This document shows, piece after piece, positions 40,082-50,297 of a DNA stretch of 64,000 bases. This DNA comes from an uncultured bacterium (lineage in GTDB: Bacteria > Chloroflexota > UBA5177 > JANWHV01), in the NCBI GenBank assembly GCA_963729625.1, contig CAVSOU010000010.1, forward strand, positions 1,184,001 to 1,248,000, given 5' to 3'. Under the pieces are notes generated by a model. That model was not told the DNA's origin and made no database searches. It saw nothing but the letters and a program-made list of their open reading frames with translations. How positions within the stretch are numbered: position 1 is the first letter of the stretch; each line of letters begins with the position of its first letter. The position numbers were made by a program, and so were the translations under genes.

Positions 40082-40864
40082 ATGCCTGAGCACGTTGCAG
40101 AGCTACCGTGGATGGAACCTTCGTGGGGCAGCAGTGACACGTCAGGCACGGCGCCCATCGTAGCTCAGGCGCCCCAATTCCGGCCGCTGCGTAGTGACGC
40201 CTACGAAGCGCTGCGTGAAGCCATCCTGGTCGGTCGCTTGCGACCAGGCGAGCGGGTGGTCGAGGCCGAAATCGCACGTCAGATGGGGATCAGTCGCGGT
40301 CCCATTCGTGAGGCAGTGCGTCAGCTCGAACACGAGGAAATGGTCGAATACCATCCGCGCCGTGGTGTGGTTGTTGCGCGCCTGACCCGCGAGGCCGTGG
40401 CCGACACCTACGCGGTCCGAGCGGAGCTCGACGGATTCGCCACTCGCCTGGCTGTCGCTCACGTCGACGAACATCACCTGGACCACCTGCACGGCTTACT
40501 CACCAACATGCGGCTGCAGGCCGGTGACGGCGATAGTGCCGCGCTGCTCCACACCGATGTGGAGTTCCACCGCTACATCTACGCTGTGGCAGGCAACAGG
40601 GTGCTGCTGCGTGCCTGGACCAGCCTCGGGCCCCACGCATGGACGCTTTTCAGCGGAATGCGGCTGCGTGGCTATACGCTCCTTCAAATCGCTGACCGCC
40701 ATCGCCCAATTGTCGAAGCCCTGCGCACCCGAGACCCTGTCGTGGCCGAGCACACGGCCAAGGAGCATACACTGGAAATCGCCCGCAATGTGCTGGGCCA
40801 TCTTGATAATGCTGCCCTGGATCTCGCGGCCGGCGCTCTGCATCGAACGCAGGCTACCCCTTAG
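40082..40864 (+). CDS. GntR family (FCD) transcriptional regulator
   Basis: LRPGERVVEAEIARQMGISRGPIREA and DVEFH motifs; start codon uncertain. Confidence 0.9.
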   Translation: MPEHVAELPWMEPSWGSSDTSGTAPIVAQAPQFRPLRSDAYEALREAILVGRLRPGERVVEAEIARQMGISRGPIREAVRQLEHEEMVEYHPRRGVVVARLTREAVADTYAVRAELDGFATRLAVAHVDEHHLDHLHGLLTNMRLQAGDGDSAALLHTDVEFHRYIYAVAGNRVLLRAWTSLGPHAWTLFSGMRLRGYTLLQIADRHRPIVEALRTRDPVVAEHTAKEHTLEIARNVLGHLDNAALDLAAGALHRTQATP

Positions 40865-40954
40865 TCGAACAGGGTCAGGTCGAACGCCACCGGCGGCGCA
40901 ACCCCGTATTTTGCGCAGCGCCAAAGACAACTGGCAGGAGAACAGGATACGGCA

Positions 40955-41683
40955 ATGGGAAGACCCCAACTCATCGACCTCACCATGGAGATCTACCAGG
41001 GTATGCCGACTTACCCAAGTGTCGCCAAGCCCTTCGTCCACGAGTTGGAGAACCACGAGCAGATGGCGCGATCGACCGGAGCCTGGCAGTATGGCCTCAC
41101 TCACGCGCCCAACCACTGCGTTATCGTCAGCGGCGACCATGTCGGCACCCACGTCGACGCCTGGGGGCATGTCAAGCCCGGCGCTCCGCGCGCGGAGGGT
41201 ATCCCGCTGGAGTACTGTTACGGACCAGGTGTGGTGCTGAACCTCTCGCATGTCGCGCCAGGCGAAGCGATCAGCGTGGCCGACGTGACGGATGCGCTGG
41301 CCTCAACTGGGTACGATCTGCAGCCGCTGGATATCGTCCTGATCCGCACCGACGCCTCGCGCTATCGAACGGAGCCGCGCTACCTGACGGAGCATCCGGG
41401 CATGAGTAAGGAGGCCGTGCATTGGCTGCTGGACCGCGGGATCAAGATGATGGGCATCGACGCGATCGGTTTCGATGTTCCCGTCCCTCGGATGTTCGAG
41501 CGGCACGCCTTCTGGGAAGCACACATGGTGATGCGCGACCGCGAGTACTATCATCTCGAGAACCTGATCAACCTCGACCAGATTCCGATCTCACACGGAT
41601 TCACTGTCTCGGTGCTGCCGATACCGTACCGCGGCGCCAGCGCCGCCCCGGTGCGCGCGGTGGCGATCCTTCCCGAAACATGA
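40955..41683 (+). CDS. cyclase family (kynurenine formamidase-like) metal hydrolase
   Basis: HVGTHVDAWGH, GIDA, HLENL.NL and APVRAVA motifs. Confidence 0.88.
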   Translation: MGRPQLIDLTMEIYQGMPTYPSVAKPFVHELENHEQMARSTGAWQYGLTHAPNHCVIVSGDHVGTHVDAWGHVKPGAPRAEGIPLEYCYGPGVVLNLSHVAPGEAISVADVTDALASTGYDLQPLDIVLIRTDASRYRTEPRYLTEHPGMSKEAVHWLLDRGIKMMGIDAIGFDVPVPRMFERHAFWEAHMVMRDREYYHLENLINLDQIPISHGFTVSVLPIPYRGASAAPVRAVAILPET

Positions 41684-41772
41684 TTGCCACGCGTGGCCAT
41701 CGGGTTGTGGAGCGCGCCGATCTCGGTGTTCCTGCCGTTCTCGACCAAACATGAGAATGTGGAAGAGGGCCT

Positions 41773-41995
41773 ATGTCGAAGTACCGCTGTAGCCGAGCTC
41801 CAGGTACAACCTACCGGCTCGACGGGTATGTGGCGGGCTATCCGCAGAGTTTTCGTGACCAGTGGCCGATGATCGCGCCATCCGCAAATCCGGCCATGCT
41901 CGAGATGTTCCGCGATCGGAATCGCCTGCCTTATCGTGATCTTGTTCCCTGGGCTGGCGAGTTCGCGGGCAAGCACCTCACCTCAGCGGTCCAGC
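41773..41995 (+). pseudogene. N-terminal remnant of GH127/GH146-like glycosidase
   Basis: NPAMLEMFRDR..LPYRDLVPWAGEFAGKHLTSA, after which similarity is lost. Confidence 0.5.
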
Positions 41996-42183
41996 ACCCT
42001 TCAGTTCAGCTAACCCGATGCGATGCGTTTGGCCGGACCTCGCGTGAGCGCTCAGCAGGGCCGGTCAATGCCAGGCAGTCATTCTGAGGTCCCGACGCTC
42101 TTTCGCCGGCACCGGCGCCCGAGCAGCAATTTCGGTGAGATATGGGGCGACGTGACTACGTGAACGGTGAGTAGGAGGGTGCC

Positions 42184-43665
42184 TTGCCCGATCATCGGCC
42201 TTGCTTTCACATACAGCCTCCGGCTAACTGGGCGAACGATCCAAATGGGCCATTGTACTGGCGCGGGAGGTTCCACCTGTTCTACCAGCACAATCCCGTT
42301 TCGGTGACCGGGGGCCTGATGCACTGGGGACATGTGGTCAGCACAGACCTGGTGCGTTGGTCGCACCTCCCGGTGGCGTTGGCGCCCGGCCCAGACGGTC
42401 CGGATTCCGGCGGATGCTGGTCGGGCTGCGCGGTCGTCCGCGACGATGCGCCAACGTTGATCTACACCGGAGTGCCGCTTGAAGGGGATCGTCGTGTTGG
42501 GAGCGTGTGTCTGGCTACGAGCTTCGATCATAATCTGGTCAACTGGAGCAAAGACCCGAGCAACCCGGTGATCGCCGGCCCGCCGGCAAGTCTGGAGCTA
42601 GTTCACTTTCGCGATCCTTGCGTCTGGCGCGAGGACGACTGCTGGTGGTGCGTGCTCGGCGGCGCGGACCACTCAAAGGGCGGCATCCTGCTCTTGTATA
42701 GTTCAGCAGACCTTCGGCAGTGGAACTATGTCGGTATGCTTTGCTCGCAGCACGAAGCAGACCGCGCGACCGTCCGTTCTCACGAGGGAGCAGACAGCAT
42801 GCCAATCGGCTCGGGGCGCGTCTGGGAGTGCCCGCAGTTCTTCGCGTTGGGCGAACGACACGCGCTCTTGATCGCTGCCTGGGACAAGCCGGACTTCCAG
42901 CACACGCTGTATTACATCGGGAGCTATCGCGAACGCGTATTCACGCCGGAGCTGCGCGGACCATTCGACCTTGGCGCTGAGTACTACGCTCCCGTCTCGA
43001 TGAACGATCCTCAAGGCCGGCGTCTGGTATGGGGTTGGACGAAAGAGGGACGCAGCGCCGAGGCGCAGGCTCAGTCCGGCTGGGCTGGAGCATTGACTCT
43101 GCCGCGCGTCGTTACCTTGAGGGACGATGGGACGCTCGGCATCGACTCCCTGCCCGAGTTGGCGAGCTTGCGAGGTCGGCATTATCGTCGGCGTGACCTG
43201 GCGCTCGTGCCCCGCTCGCCGCTGCATCTGAATGATCTGCGTGGTGAGAACCTGGAGATTGCGGTCGAGATCGCTTGCGAGCCAACGTCCGTCGTCTCCC
43301 TTCGTATACGGAGGTCGCCCGGGGACGAGGAGTACACGCAGATCCGATATGACCGGCGCGCCGGTCGAATCTCGGTTGATCGAGACCACGCCAGTCTGGA
43401 TCCAGCCGCGTTCAGAGGCGTCCACGGCGGCACTCTGGTGCTCGCGCCCAATGAGCCGCTGACGCTGCGCGTCTTTCTTGATGGCTCGATCGTCGAAGTC
43501 TATGCGAATGGGAGAGCAACCCTCACCGAGAGAATTTATCCAACGCGCGAGGATAGCCTGGGCGTGAGCCTTGGCGTCGAAGGTGGCGATGCGCGCGTGA
43601 TCTGCCTCGATGCCTGGGAAATGCGCAGTGCCGGGCTCAACACGACAGGCCGCGACGGCCTGTAA
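42184..43665 (+). CDS. GH32 beta-fructofuranosidase
   Basis: WANDPNG, WSG, FRDP, WECP and DGSIVEVY motifs. Confidence 0.92.
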   Translation: MPDHRPCFHIQPPANWANDPNGPLYWRGRFHLFYQHNPVSVTGGLMHWGHVVSTDLVRWSHLPVALAPGPDGPDSGGCWSGCAVVRDDAPTLIYTGVPLEGDRRVGSVCLATSFDHNLVNWSKDPSNPVIAGPPASLELVHFRDPCVWREDDCWWCVLGGADHSKGGILLLYSSADLRQWNYVGMLCSQHEADRATVRSHEGADSMPIGSGRVWECPQFFALGERHALLIAAWDKPDFQHTLYYIGSYRERVFTPELRGPFDLGAEYYAPVSMNDPQGRRLVWGWTKEGRSAEAQAQSGWAGALTLPRVVTLRDDGTLGIDSLPELASLRGRHYRRRDLALVPRSPLHLNDLRGENLEIAVEIACEPTSVVSLRIRRSPGDEEYTQIRYDRRAGRISVDRDHASLDPAAFRGVHGGTLVLAPNEPLTLRVFLDGSIVEVYANGRATLTERIYPTREDSLGVSLGVEGGDARVICLDAWEMRSAGLNTTGRDGL

Positions 43666-43729
43666 TCAGCAATAGTTGCGCGTGCCATTGAACCGCACGT
43701 GCTCAAGCACAATCGAAAGGGATTGAGCG

Positions 43730-45811
43730 ATGAAGCCGGATCAGAGAGTCCCACTCGTGACGGGGCGCGACATGCTCAAGAGCCGCAACTGGACGGAACC
43801 ATTCACCTCTGCTCCGGAGCAGCTCCCTATTTCCTTTCTCTACGACAGCGCCAGAATTGCCGGAATCCCCGCCGCCTGGACGCCCGCGCGCAACGAACGG
43901 CGTATCGATGCGAACATCGTGGAAACCGTGTTCACCGGCGTCGATCCGCGAACCGGCCTGCGTATCTGGGTCGAATGTCTACGGTACGCGGATTATCCGG
44001 TCGTGGAATGGACGGCATGGTTGGCAAACGGGAGCAACGCGCCAACGCCGATGATCGAGGATCTGCTGGTGTTGGACGGGGCGTTTGACGGCGCGTCACC
44101 GGTGCTGTCGCATTCCAACGGCGACTTTGCCAGCGAGAACGGTTACGCGCCCACGGACACGGCCATCGCCGGCAGTCAGCCTTTCACCATCGCGCCCACC
44201 GGCGGACGGGCGTGCAATGAGGCGTTTCCCTACTTTCGCATCGAGTTTGCAGGCTGTGGCATGACAATCGCCATTGGGTGGCCTGCCCAGTGGTTCAGTA
44301 CGTTCACCCCAACTGCCGACGGTGTCGCGATACAGGCCGGCCAGGAGCGGACGCATCTGCGCCTGATGCCAGGCGAGACCATCCGCACGCCGCGCATGAC
44401 CATCATGTCGTGGGAGGGCGACCGCACGCGAGCCATCAATCTCTGGCGGCGTTGGTACCTTGCGCACGTCCTGCCGAGACCGAACGGCCAACCGCTGCGG
44501 CCGATACTGGTCGCAGGAGCGACCGACGAGGGCGAGGAACACACCGCCGCTACCGAGGAGAACCAGATCCGCTATATGGATAGGTTCAAGGAGCGCGGAT
44601 TTGATCTCGACGCATGGTGGATCGACGCGGGGTGGTACCCCTGTTACGACGACGATCATGTGCGCCATTGGTATCTGACGGGAACCTGGATGCCAGATCC
44701 GGAACGATTCCCGCGCGGATTACGGCCCGTCTCCGATAACGCCGCTCGCAACGGCACCGACTTGCTGCTTTGGTTTGAGCCTGAACGTGTCGCGCCGAAT
44801 ACCGCGCTGCACAAACAACACCCCGAATGGATGCTGCCCACATCCGGCGACGCGAAGGCATTCTCCCAATGGTCGACGCACCTGTTCGACGATCACCCGG
44901 ATTGGCTGATCGGCGCTTCTGGCCCGCACCAGGGATTTGGGCAATGGTCGTTGATGCTCAACATCGGCATCCCGGAGTGCCGGCAGTGGCTAACCGACCT
45001 CTACTGCAAGCTGATTCAAGACAACGGAGTCAAGATCTACCGTCAGGATTTCAACTTTCCGCCGCTGCTGTACTGGCGTGACAATGAGCCCGCTGATCGC
45101 CAGGGCATCAACGAAAACCTGTACGTGCAGGGCTACCTGCAGCTGTGGGACGACATTCTGGCCCGCAACCCGGGGATCTGGATCGACTCGTGCGCGTCGG
45201 GTGGGCGCCGAAATGACCTGGAAACATTGCGACGCTCAGTCCCTCTGCACTACTCCGACTACGGTTATGGGGATCACAGGCTGAAGTTGGCATTCCAGCA
45301 CACACTCTTCGAATGGATCCCCTACTTCAAGGAATTCACGATGTCGTGGGACATCAGCGGCCCCACCCGGTTCGATCGGCAACTGGACAGCTTCTCGTTC
45401 CACTGTGCAATGGCGGCGATGCTCAACTTAACCCTTGATATCCGCAAGGAGGATTATGACTTCGCGGTGGCATTGCGCATGACGGCGATCTGGCGGAGAG
45501 CATGCAATCTGGTCTTGCACGGAGACTATTATCCGCTCACTCCGTTTAGCAAGAGCCCGGAACGATGGGAAGTCCGACAGTTTGACATTCCGGAGACGGG
45601 GCATGGGATGATCCAGGGAATACGGCTCCCGGCATGCTCGGAGGACCGGATCACTGTGATTCCGCAGGGGCTTATCCCTGACGCGATCTACAGTCTGGAA
45701 AATCCCGAGACTGGTCAGGCCCGAGAGTTGGTCGGCTCCGCGCTGCTGAGCGATGGATTTACTCTTGAGCTTCCGCGGCGCAGCGGCGCCATCTGGTTCT
45801 ACAAGCGATAG
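43730..45811 (+). CDS. GH36 alpha-galactosidase-like glycoside hydrolase
   Basis: WIDAGWY, LWFEPE, YRQDFN and IDSCASGGRRND motifs. Confidence 0.85.
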   Translation: MKPDQRVPLVTGRDMLKSRNWTEPFTSAPEQLPISFLYDSARIAGIPAAWTPARNERRIDANIVETVFTGVDPRTGLRIWVECLRYADYPVVEWTAWLANGSNAPTPMIEDLLVLDGAFDGASPVLSHSNGDFASENGYAPTDTAIAGSQPFTIAPTGGRACNEAFPYFRIEFAGCGMTIAIGWPAQWFSTFTPTADGVAIQAGQERTHLRLMPGETIRTPRMTIMSWEGDRTRAINLWRRWYLAHVLPRPNGQPLRPILVAGATDEGEEHTAATEENQIRYMDRFKERGFDLDAWWIDAGWYPCYDDDHVRHWYLTGTWMPDPERFPRGLRPVSDNAARNGTDLLLWFEPERVAPNTALHKQHPEWMLPTSGDAKAFSQWSTHLFDDHPDWLIGASGPHQGFGQWSLMLNIGIPECRQWLTDLYCKLIQDNGVKIYRQDFNFPPLLYWRDNEPADRQGINENLYVQGYLQLWDDILARNPGIWIDSCASGGRRNDLETLRRSVPLHYSDYGYGDHRLKLAFQHTLFEWIPYFKEFTMSWDISGPTRFDRQLDSFSFHCAMAAMLNLTLDIRKEDYDFAVALRMTAIWRRACNLVLHGDYYPLTPFSKSPERWEVRQFDIPETGHGMIQGIRLPACSEDRITVIPQGLIPDAIYSLENPETGQARELVGSALLSDGFTLELPRRSGAIWFYKR

Positions 45812-45824
45812 TTCTCGCATCTAC

Positions 45825-46793
45825 TCAGTCGCCAGAAATTCCAATCGCGGCCAGGCGCCCTGCGCCTACCAGCCCGCTGTGGGAGCCAAGAAGCGCCGCA
45901 CGCAACGGCACGCCGCGCACCGATGGCAGGGTGCGACGCGCGAAGCTCACGCGGGCAGGAGCGAGAATAGCCTCGCCACCTTCCAGTACTCCGCCGCCAA
46001 GCACGATCAACTCCGGATCGAAGAGCGTCGCGAGATTGGCCAGGCCGATGCCCAGATACCGGCCTGCTGTGGTAAGAATCTCCTGGGCAACCGCGTCACC
46101 ACTCGCCGCAGCCCTGAAGACCATCTCGCTGTTCACAAGTTCCGGACGGGCGCCGCACATCTCCTGCACGCAGGTTGCTTCACCGTGCCGCAGCGCGTCC
46201 CGGGCGCGAGCAGCAATGGCGGTGCCGGAGCAGAACGCTTCCAGACAGCCGTTGTTTCCGCAGGCACACGGCGGGCCGTTCGGCTCGATTACCATGTGCC
46301 CAGCCTCGCCCGCGCAGTCGTGCGCGCCGTGGTACACATGATGGTCGATGACCACTCCCGCACCAACTCCAGTACTGATCGTCACGTACAGGAAATCCTT
46401 GCTACCTGTTGCCGCGCCCCGCCAGCCTTCTCCCAGCGCCGCGCAGTTCGCGTCGTCGTCGATATGAACGGGTAGTGGAAAGTAGGCGGCAAGGGCGTCA
46501 CGGAGCGGAAAGTCGCGCCAGTCGAGATTCGGCGAGAATACGACCACGCCACGCCGCCGATCAAGTGGGCCAGGCACGCTGCAGCCGAGCGCGATCATTT
46601 GCTGCGCTTCCAGGCCCCGGGAAGCGATCAATGCGTTCAACGAAGTGGCTATGCTCGCCACCACAGCCTCGGCGCCCCTCTGGACATCGCTGGGCACGCT
46701 CCGGGAGCAAAGTACGTGCCCCTCGCGGTCGACCAGGCCAGTCAGGATCTTCGTGCCGCCAACATCGATTGCGCCAACATACGTTTCGCCCAT
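45825..46793 (-). CDS. ROK family sugar kinase
   Basis: IDVGGTK, DDANCAALGE, STGVG, GEAGH and CACGNNGCLE motifs. Confidence 0.9.
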   Translation of the reverse strand: MGETYVGAIDVGGTKILTGLVDREGHVLCSRSVPSDVQRGAEAVVASIATSLNALIASRGLEAQQMIALGCSVPGPLDRRRGVVVFSPNLDWRDFPLRDALAAYFPLPVHIDDDANCAALGEGWRGAATGSKDFLYVTISTGVGAGVVIDHHVYHGAHDCAGEAGHMVIEPNGPPCACGNNGCLEAFCSGTAIAARARDALRHGEATCVQEMCGARPELVNSEMVFRAAASGDAVAQEILTTAGRYLGIGLANLATLFDPELIVLGGGVLEGGEAILAPARVSFARRTLPSVRGVPLRAALLGSHSGLVGAGRLAAIGISGD

Positions 46794-46797
46794 CACG

Positions 46798-48090
46798 TCA
46801 TACCGTGCTTGCAGGTGCTGTGCTGTCGCCCGGCTGGCGCACGAAACCTGTAGGCCAGACCGCGTCAAGGATGCCCCGCGCCTGATCCACGGTGGCGATA
46901 AATGGGTTGGCTACAAGGGCACGCAACGCAGTGGTCCAGGATGCTTCCTCCACAGCCTGGATCGTCAGCGTCTCGTAGGCAGCCTGGGCCAGCAGAATTG
47001 CTTGCAGATCCGGCTGGGACAGCGTCACCGCCAGCGGGCGAACGCCGGAGCTATCCACCAGCGCCGGAACCTCCACTGTTGTGTCGACCGGCAGCCAGGG
47101 CAGGAGCGTGCCATTCGGCACATTGACCACTTGCACTGTCGGATGACCGGTGACACTCGCGGCAAGCAACGGCACGATTACCAGGTGATACCAGAGGGCG
47201 CCGCGGCGACGGAGCAGTTCCGGCCTGGGCTCGGCCCCGGGAGCAGCATATTCTTCCAGCAATGCCGTCTCCATTGCCTGTACGGCCGCGGCCCGTGCCG
47301 GCCGGCCCTGTTGTGCCGCCAGCATGCGATCGGGGTGATAGAGGTAGCGCAAGTACGAATTGGGCATCACGCCGGTCGCAACGAGCACTGCCGGGTCGAT
47401 CGCCGCGCCATCGACGCGCGACGCACGCGCCAGTGCAAGCGGCAGCAGATCGGTACTGTCGTCGCACAGGGCAGTAGCCCAACCAATGTGATTGATGCCG
47501 ACGTACGTGTAGGCCAGGCGGTCGAGGGGAAGCTCCACCAGGCGCGCCAGCGTAGCCGCCAGGCTCAAAGGCGCGTCGCAGACGCCGATCACACGTTTCA
47601 AGCCGGCACGGCACAAAGCCTGGCACACGACGCTGGCAGGATTGGTCAGATTGATCACCGTTGCGTTCGGGGCGGCGGACAGGACTTCCTGCGCAATGGT
47701 CCGGATAACCGGAAGTGTGCGCAGGGCGTTCGCGAATCCCCCGGCACCGACGGTTTCCTCGCCAGGCAACCCGAACGCGTGAGGAAATGTCTCGTCCTGG
47801 GCCCGCGCCGCCAACCCGCCAACACGAATCTGGTTGACGATATACTCCGCACCGTGCAGCGCCCGGCTCAGGTCGGTTTGCGCCTCGACCAACAGCGGCG
47901 GCGCCTGGCCATCCGCGATTCTCCGGCAGGCGTTCGCCACTCGCTGCAGCTTCGTCTCGTCTCGCCCGTGGAGCACCAGGCGTATGGGCGGACGGGCGTC
48001 CTTCCATTCAGAGATGGCATAGGCCAGCTCCGGGGTGAATGCACCGCTGCCGCCGAGCACTGTGATCGTAATCGCCGGCAGATTGGTCAT
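46798..48090 (-). CDS. GH4 NAD-dependent (phospho)glycosidase, 6-phospho-beta-glucosidase-like
   Basis: QIRVGG, GEETVGAGG, NLTNP, IGVCD and GINH motifs. Confidence 0.88.
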   Translation of the reverse strand: MTNLPAITITVLGGSGAFTPELAYAISEWKDARPPIRLVLHGRDETKLQRVANACRRIADGQAPPLLVEAQTDLSRALHGAEYIVNQIRVGGLAARAQDETFPHAFGLPGEETVGAGGFANALRTLPVIRTIAQEVLSAAPNATVINLTNPASVVCQALCRAGLKRVIGVCDAPLSLAATLARLVELPLDRLAYTYVGINHIGWATALCDDSTDLLPLALARASRVDGAAIDPAVLVATGVMPNSYLRYLYHPDRMLAAQQGRPARAAAVQAMETALLEEYAAPGAEPRPELLRRRGALWYHLVIVPLLAASVTGHPTVQVVNVPNGTLLPWLPVDTTVEVPALVDSSGVRPLAVTLSQPDLQAILLAQAAYETLTIQAVEEASWTTALRALVANPFIATVDQARGILDAVWPTGFVRQPGDSTAPASTV

Positions 48091-48315
48091 CGGTCAAACA
48101 CGGCTTTCGGCGTGGCGGATCTTTTATCCAGGGTCTGCCGACGACGTCTCGTCTCCACCCGCGCATGCTGCACCGCTGCCCTCGACGCCATCGCCTGTCT
48201 CCTCCTGTGCCTGCAATCTCTCATCTCGGCTCGCCTCATGCCACACGATACCCCGGCCGGCGACTGAGCGGCCTACCGGGGGCGCCCTCATATGCGTTGA
48301 CCACTCAGCACATGT

Positions 48316-48335
48316 GTTGTAACATATCTGACAAC
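48316..48335. promoter_or_regulatory. putative HutC/UTRA-family operator
   Basis: GTTGT-N10-ACAAC inverted repeat in the divergent region just upstream of the UTRA regulator. Confidence 0.45.
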
Positions 48336-48362
48336 CTGAGGAGGTGCACTGGATTGTCTGAT

Positions 48363-49094
48363 ATGATGCAGCCTCGGCGAGATCGCCGTACCCTGGTGAC
48401 GCGCACGCGTGAGCACCTGGTACGCCGCATCCGTGGAGGCGAATTCAAGCCGGGTCAGCGACTGCCGTCCGAGTCGGACCTCGCGCAAGCCTACGACGTC
48501 AGCCGTGTGACGATGCGCGAGGCGCTCAAGGGACTCCAGCAAGAGCATCTGATCTACAGCGTGCACGGCACCGGATCGTTCGTCGCCGATACGGCGATCA
48601 CGCGGCAGGTTACCCATCTGCAGAGTGTGACCGAGTTGGTCGCCGACCTGGGCTATACCATGGAGACACAGGTGCTGGACGTTCGTCGTGAAGGTGCAGT
48701 CGGCGTCGCGGCGACGGCGTTGAGTGTGGCGGCAGGAGCGCCGCTGCTCTGTTTGGAACGTCTTCGCTTGGTGGACGGCCGGCCGGCTATCTACTCCCTC
48801 GACTACTTTCCCGACAGCCTGGCGGACCTGAACCGTGCGGCAGGGGAGTGGGAAGAATCGCTTTTCGCATACATCGAAACGCGAAACAGCCTCTCAATCA
48901 CCCACTCAACCGCGACGATCCGCGCCGCTCTGCTCGCCGCACAGATCTGTGCGCGGATCGGTGCCAAGCGGATCCAGCCCTGGCTCCTGATGGAGCAAAC
49001 GAATTTCACCGCGGATAATCGACCGGTGGTCTACTCGCTCGACTATCACCATGGCGAAATGTTCAGCTTCGACGTGCTCCGCCGGCGCTATTGA
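48363..49094 (+). CDS. GntR family (HutC/UTRA) transcriptional regulator
   Basis: LPSESDLAQAYDVSRVTMREA, GTGSFV and LERLR.VDGRP motifs. Confidence 0.9.
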   Translation: MMQPRRDRRTLVTRTREHLVRRIRGGEFKPGQRLPSESDLAQAYDVSRVTMREALKGLQQEHLIYSVHGTGSFVADTAITRQVTHLQSVTELVADLGYTMETQVLDVRREGAVGVAATALSVAAGAPLLCLERLRLVDGRPAIYSLDYFPDSLADLNRAAGEWEESLFAYIETRNSLSITHSTATIRAALLAAQICARIGAKRIQPWLLMEQTNFTADNRPVVYSLDYHHGEMFSFDVLRRRY

Positions 49095-49156
49095 GACACA
49101 GGCGCCGCGGGCCGATGCCCGACAGGCGCCGCGAGCATACCTACCAGGAGAATACC

Positions 49157-50284
49157 ATGTCCAGGGCAGCCCCTCGTGCCGACAAAGTCATTCCCAGTGA
49201 AGACCTCACGCGCCAGTTTCCTCAGATCGAGCGAGAGGTGATGGCGGCAGTGGTCGACGTGCTGCCGCGGGGCAGGTATACGCTTGGACCGCAGGTCGCC
49301 GCGTTCGAGAGCGAGTTCGCGCAGTATTGCGGGGTGACGCATGCCGTGGGTCTCAGCAACGGCACTGAGGCGCTGCATCTTGCTCTGCTGGCCTGCGGCG
49401 TGGGCGCGGGGGACAAGGTTATCACGGTTCCCAACACCTATGCCGCGACGGTATTCGCCATCAGCTACGTCGGCGCGACGCCCGTGTACGTGGATATCGA
49501 TCCTCGCACATTTAACCTCGACCCCGACCGGCTCGAGGCCGCCGTCACCAAACGCACCAAGGCAATACTACCGGTGCACATGTACGGCCAGCCCGTCGAC
49601 ATGGACCCCGTGCTGGACGTCGCGCGACGTCATGGCTTGCGCGTGATAGAAGACGCCGCGCACGCGCATGGCGCTACCTACAAAGGTCGAGCAGCGGGCT
49701 CGTTGAGCGATATCGGCTGCTTCTCCTTCTACCCCGGCAAGAATCTGGGCGCGTTTGGCGACGGCGGCGCCGCCGTGACGAGCGACGAGGACTTGAGCGA
49801 TAAGCTTCGCCAGCTCCGCTATATGGGCCAGAAGGTCAAGCACGAGCATGAGATCGTCGGCTACCAGCAGCGGCTCGACGAGCTGCAGGCCGCGATCCTT
49901 CGCGTCAAGCTGCGGCACCTGGCGGAATGGAATGCGGAGCGACGTCGGTGGGCAGAGCTCTACGACGAGCTATTGGCCTCCACCCCGGTGACGACGCCTT
50001 ACCGCCAACCGAACGTCCGGCATGTTTACTACATGTACACTGTCCGCGCGCCCCAACGCGACGATCTCCAGTCGTATCTGGGGCAGCGCGGTGTAGGCAC
50101 GCAGGTCATCTATCCCAAGCTGGTGCCGCAACAAAAGGCCTACGAGGGCGCGATGTACCGTCCGGGTTCCTATCCGCAGGCCGAGCAGGCGACCGGGGAA
50201 ATACTGTCGCTGCCGGTCTTTCCTGAGCTCACCGAAGAGGAAGTGCGTTACGTCGCCGGATGCATTATCGAGTTTTACGCCTGA
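49157..50284 (+). CDS. DegT/DnrJ/EryC1/StrS PLP-dependent sugar aminotransferase
   Basis: NGTEAL, IEDAAHAHG, SFYPGKNLGAFGDGG and RLDELQAA motifs; AGGAG RBS. Confidence 0.92.
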   Translation: MSRAAPRADKVIPSEDLTRQFPQIEREVMAAVVDVLPRGRYTLGPQVAAFESEFAQYCGVTHAVGLSNGTEALHLALLACGVGAGDKVITVPNTYAATVFAISYVGATPVYVDIDPRTFNLDPDRLEAAVTKRTKAILPVHMYGQPVDMDPVLDVARRHGLRVIEDAAHAHGATYKGRAAGSLSDIGCFSFYPGKNLGAFGDGGAAVTSDEDLSDKLRQLRYMGQKVKHEHEIVGYQQRLDELQAAILRVKLRHLAEWNAERRRWAELYDELLASTPVTTPYRQPNVRHVYYMYTVRAPQRDDLQSYLGQRGVGTQVIYPKLVPQQKAYEGAMYRPGSYPQAEQATGEILSLPVFPELTEEEVRYVAGCIIEFYA

Positions 50285-50297
50285 TTCACTGCAGCGG

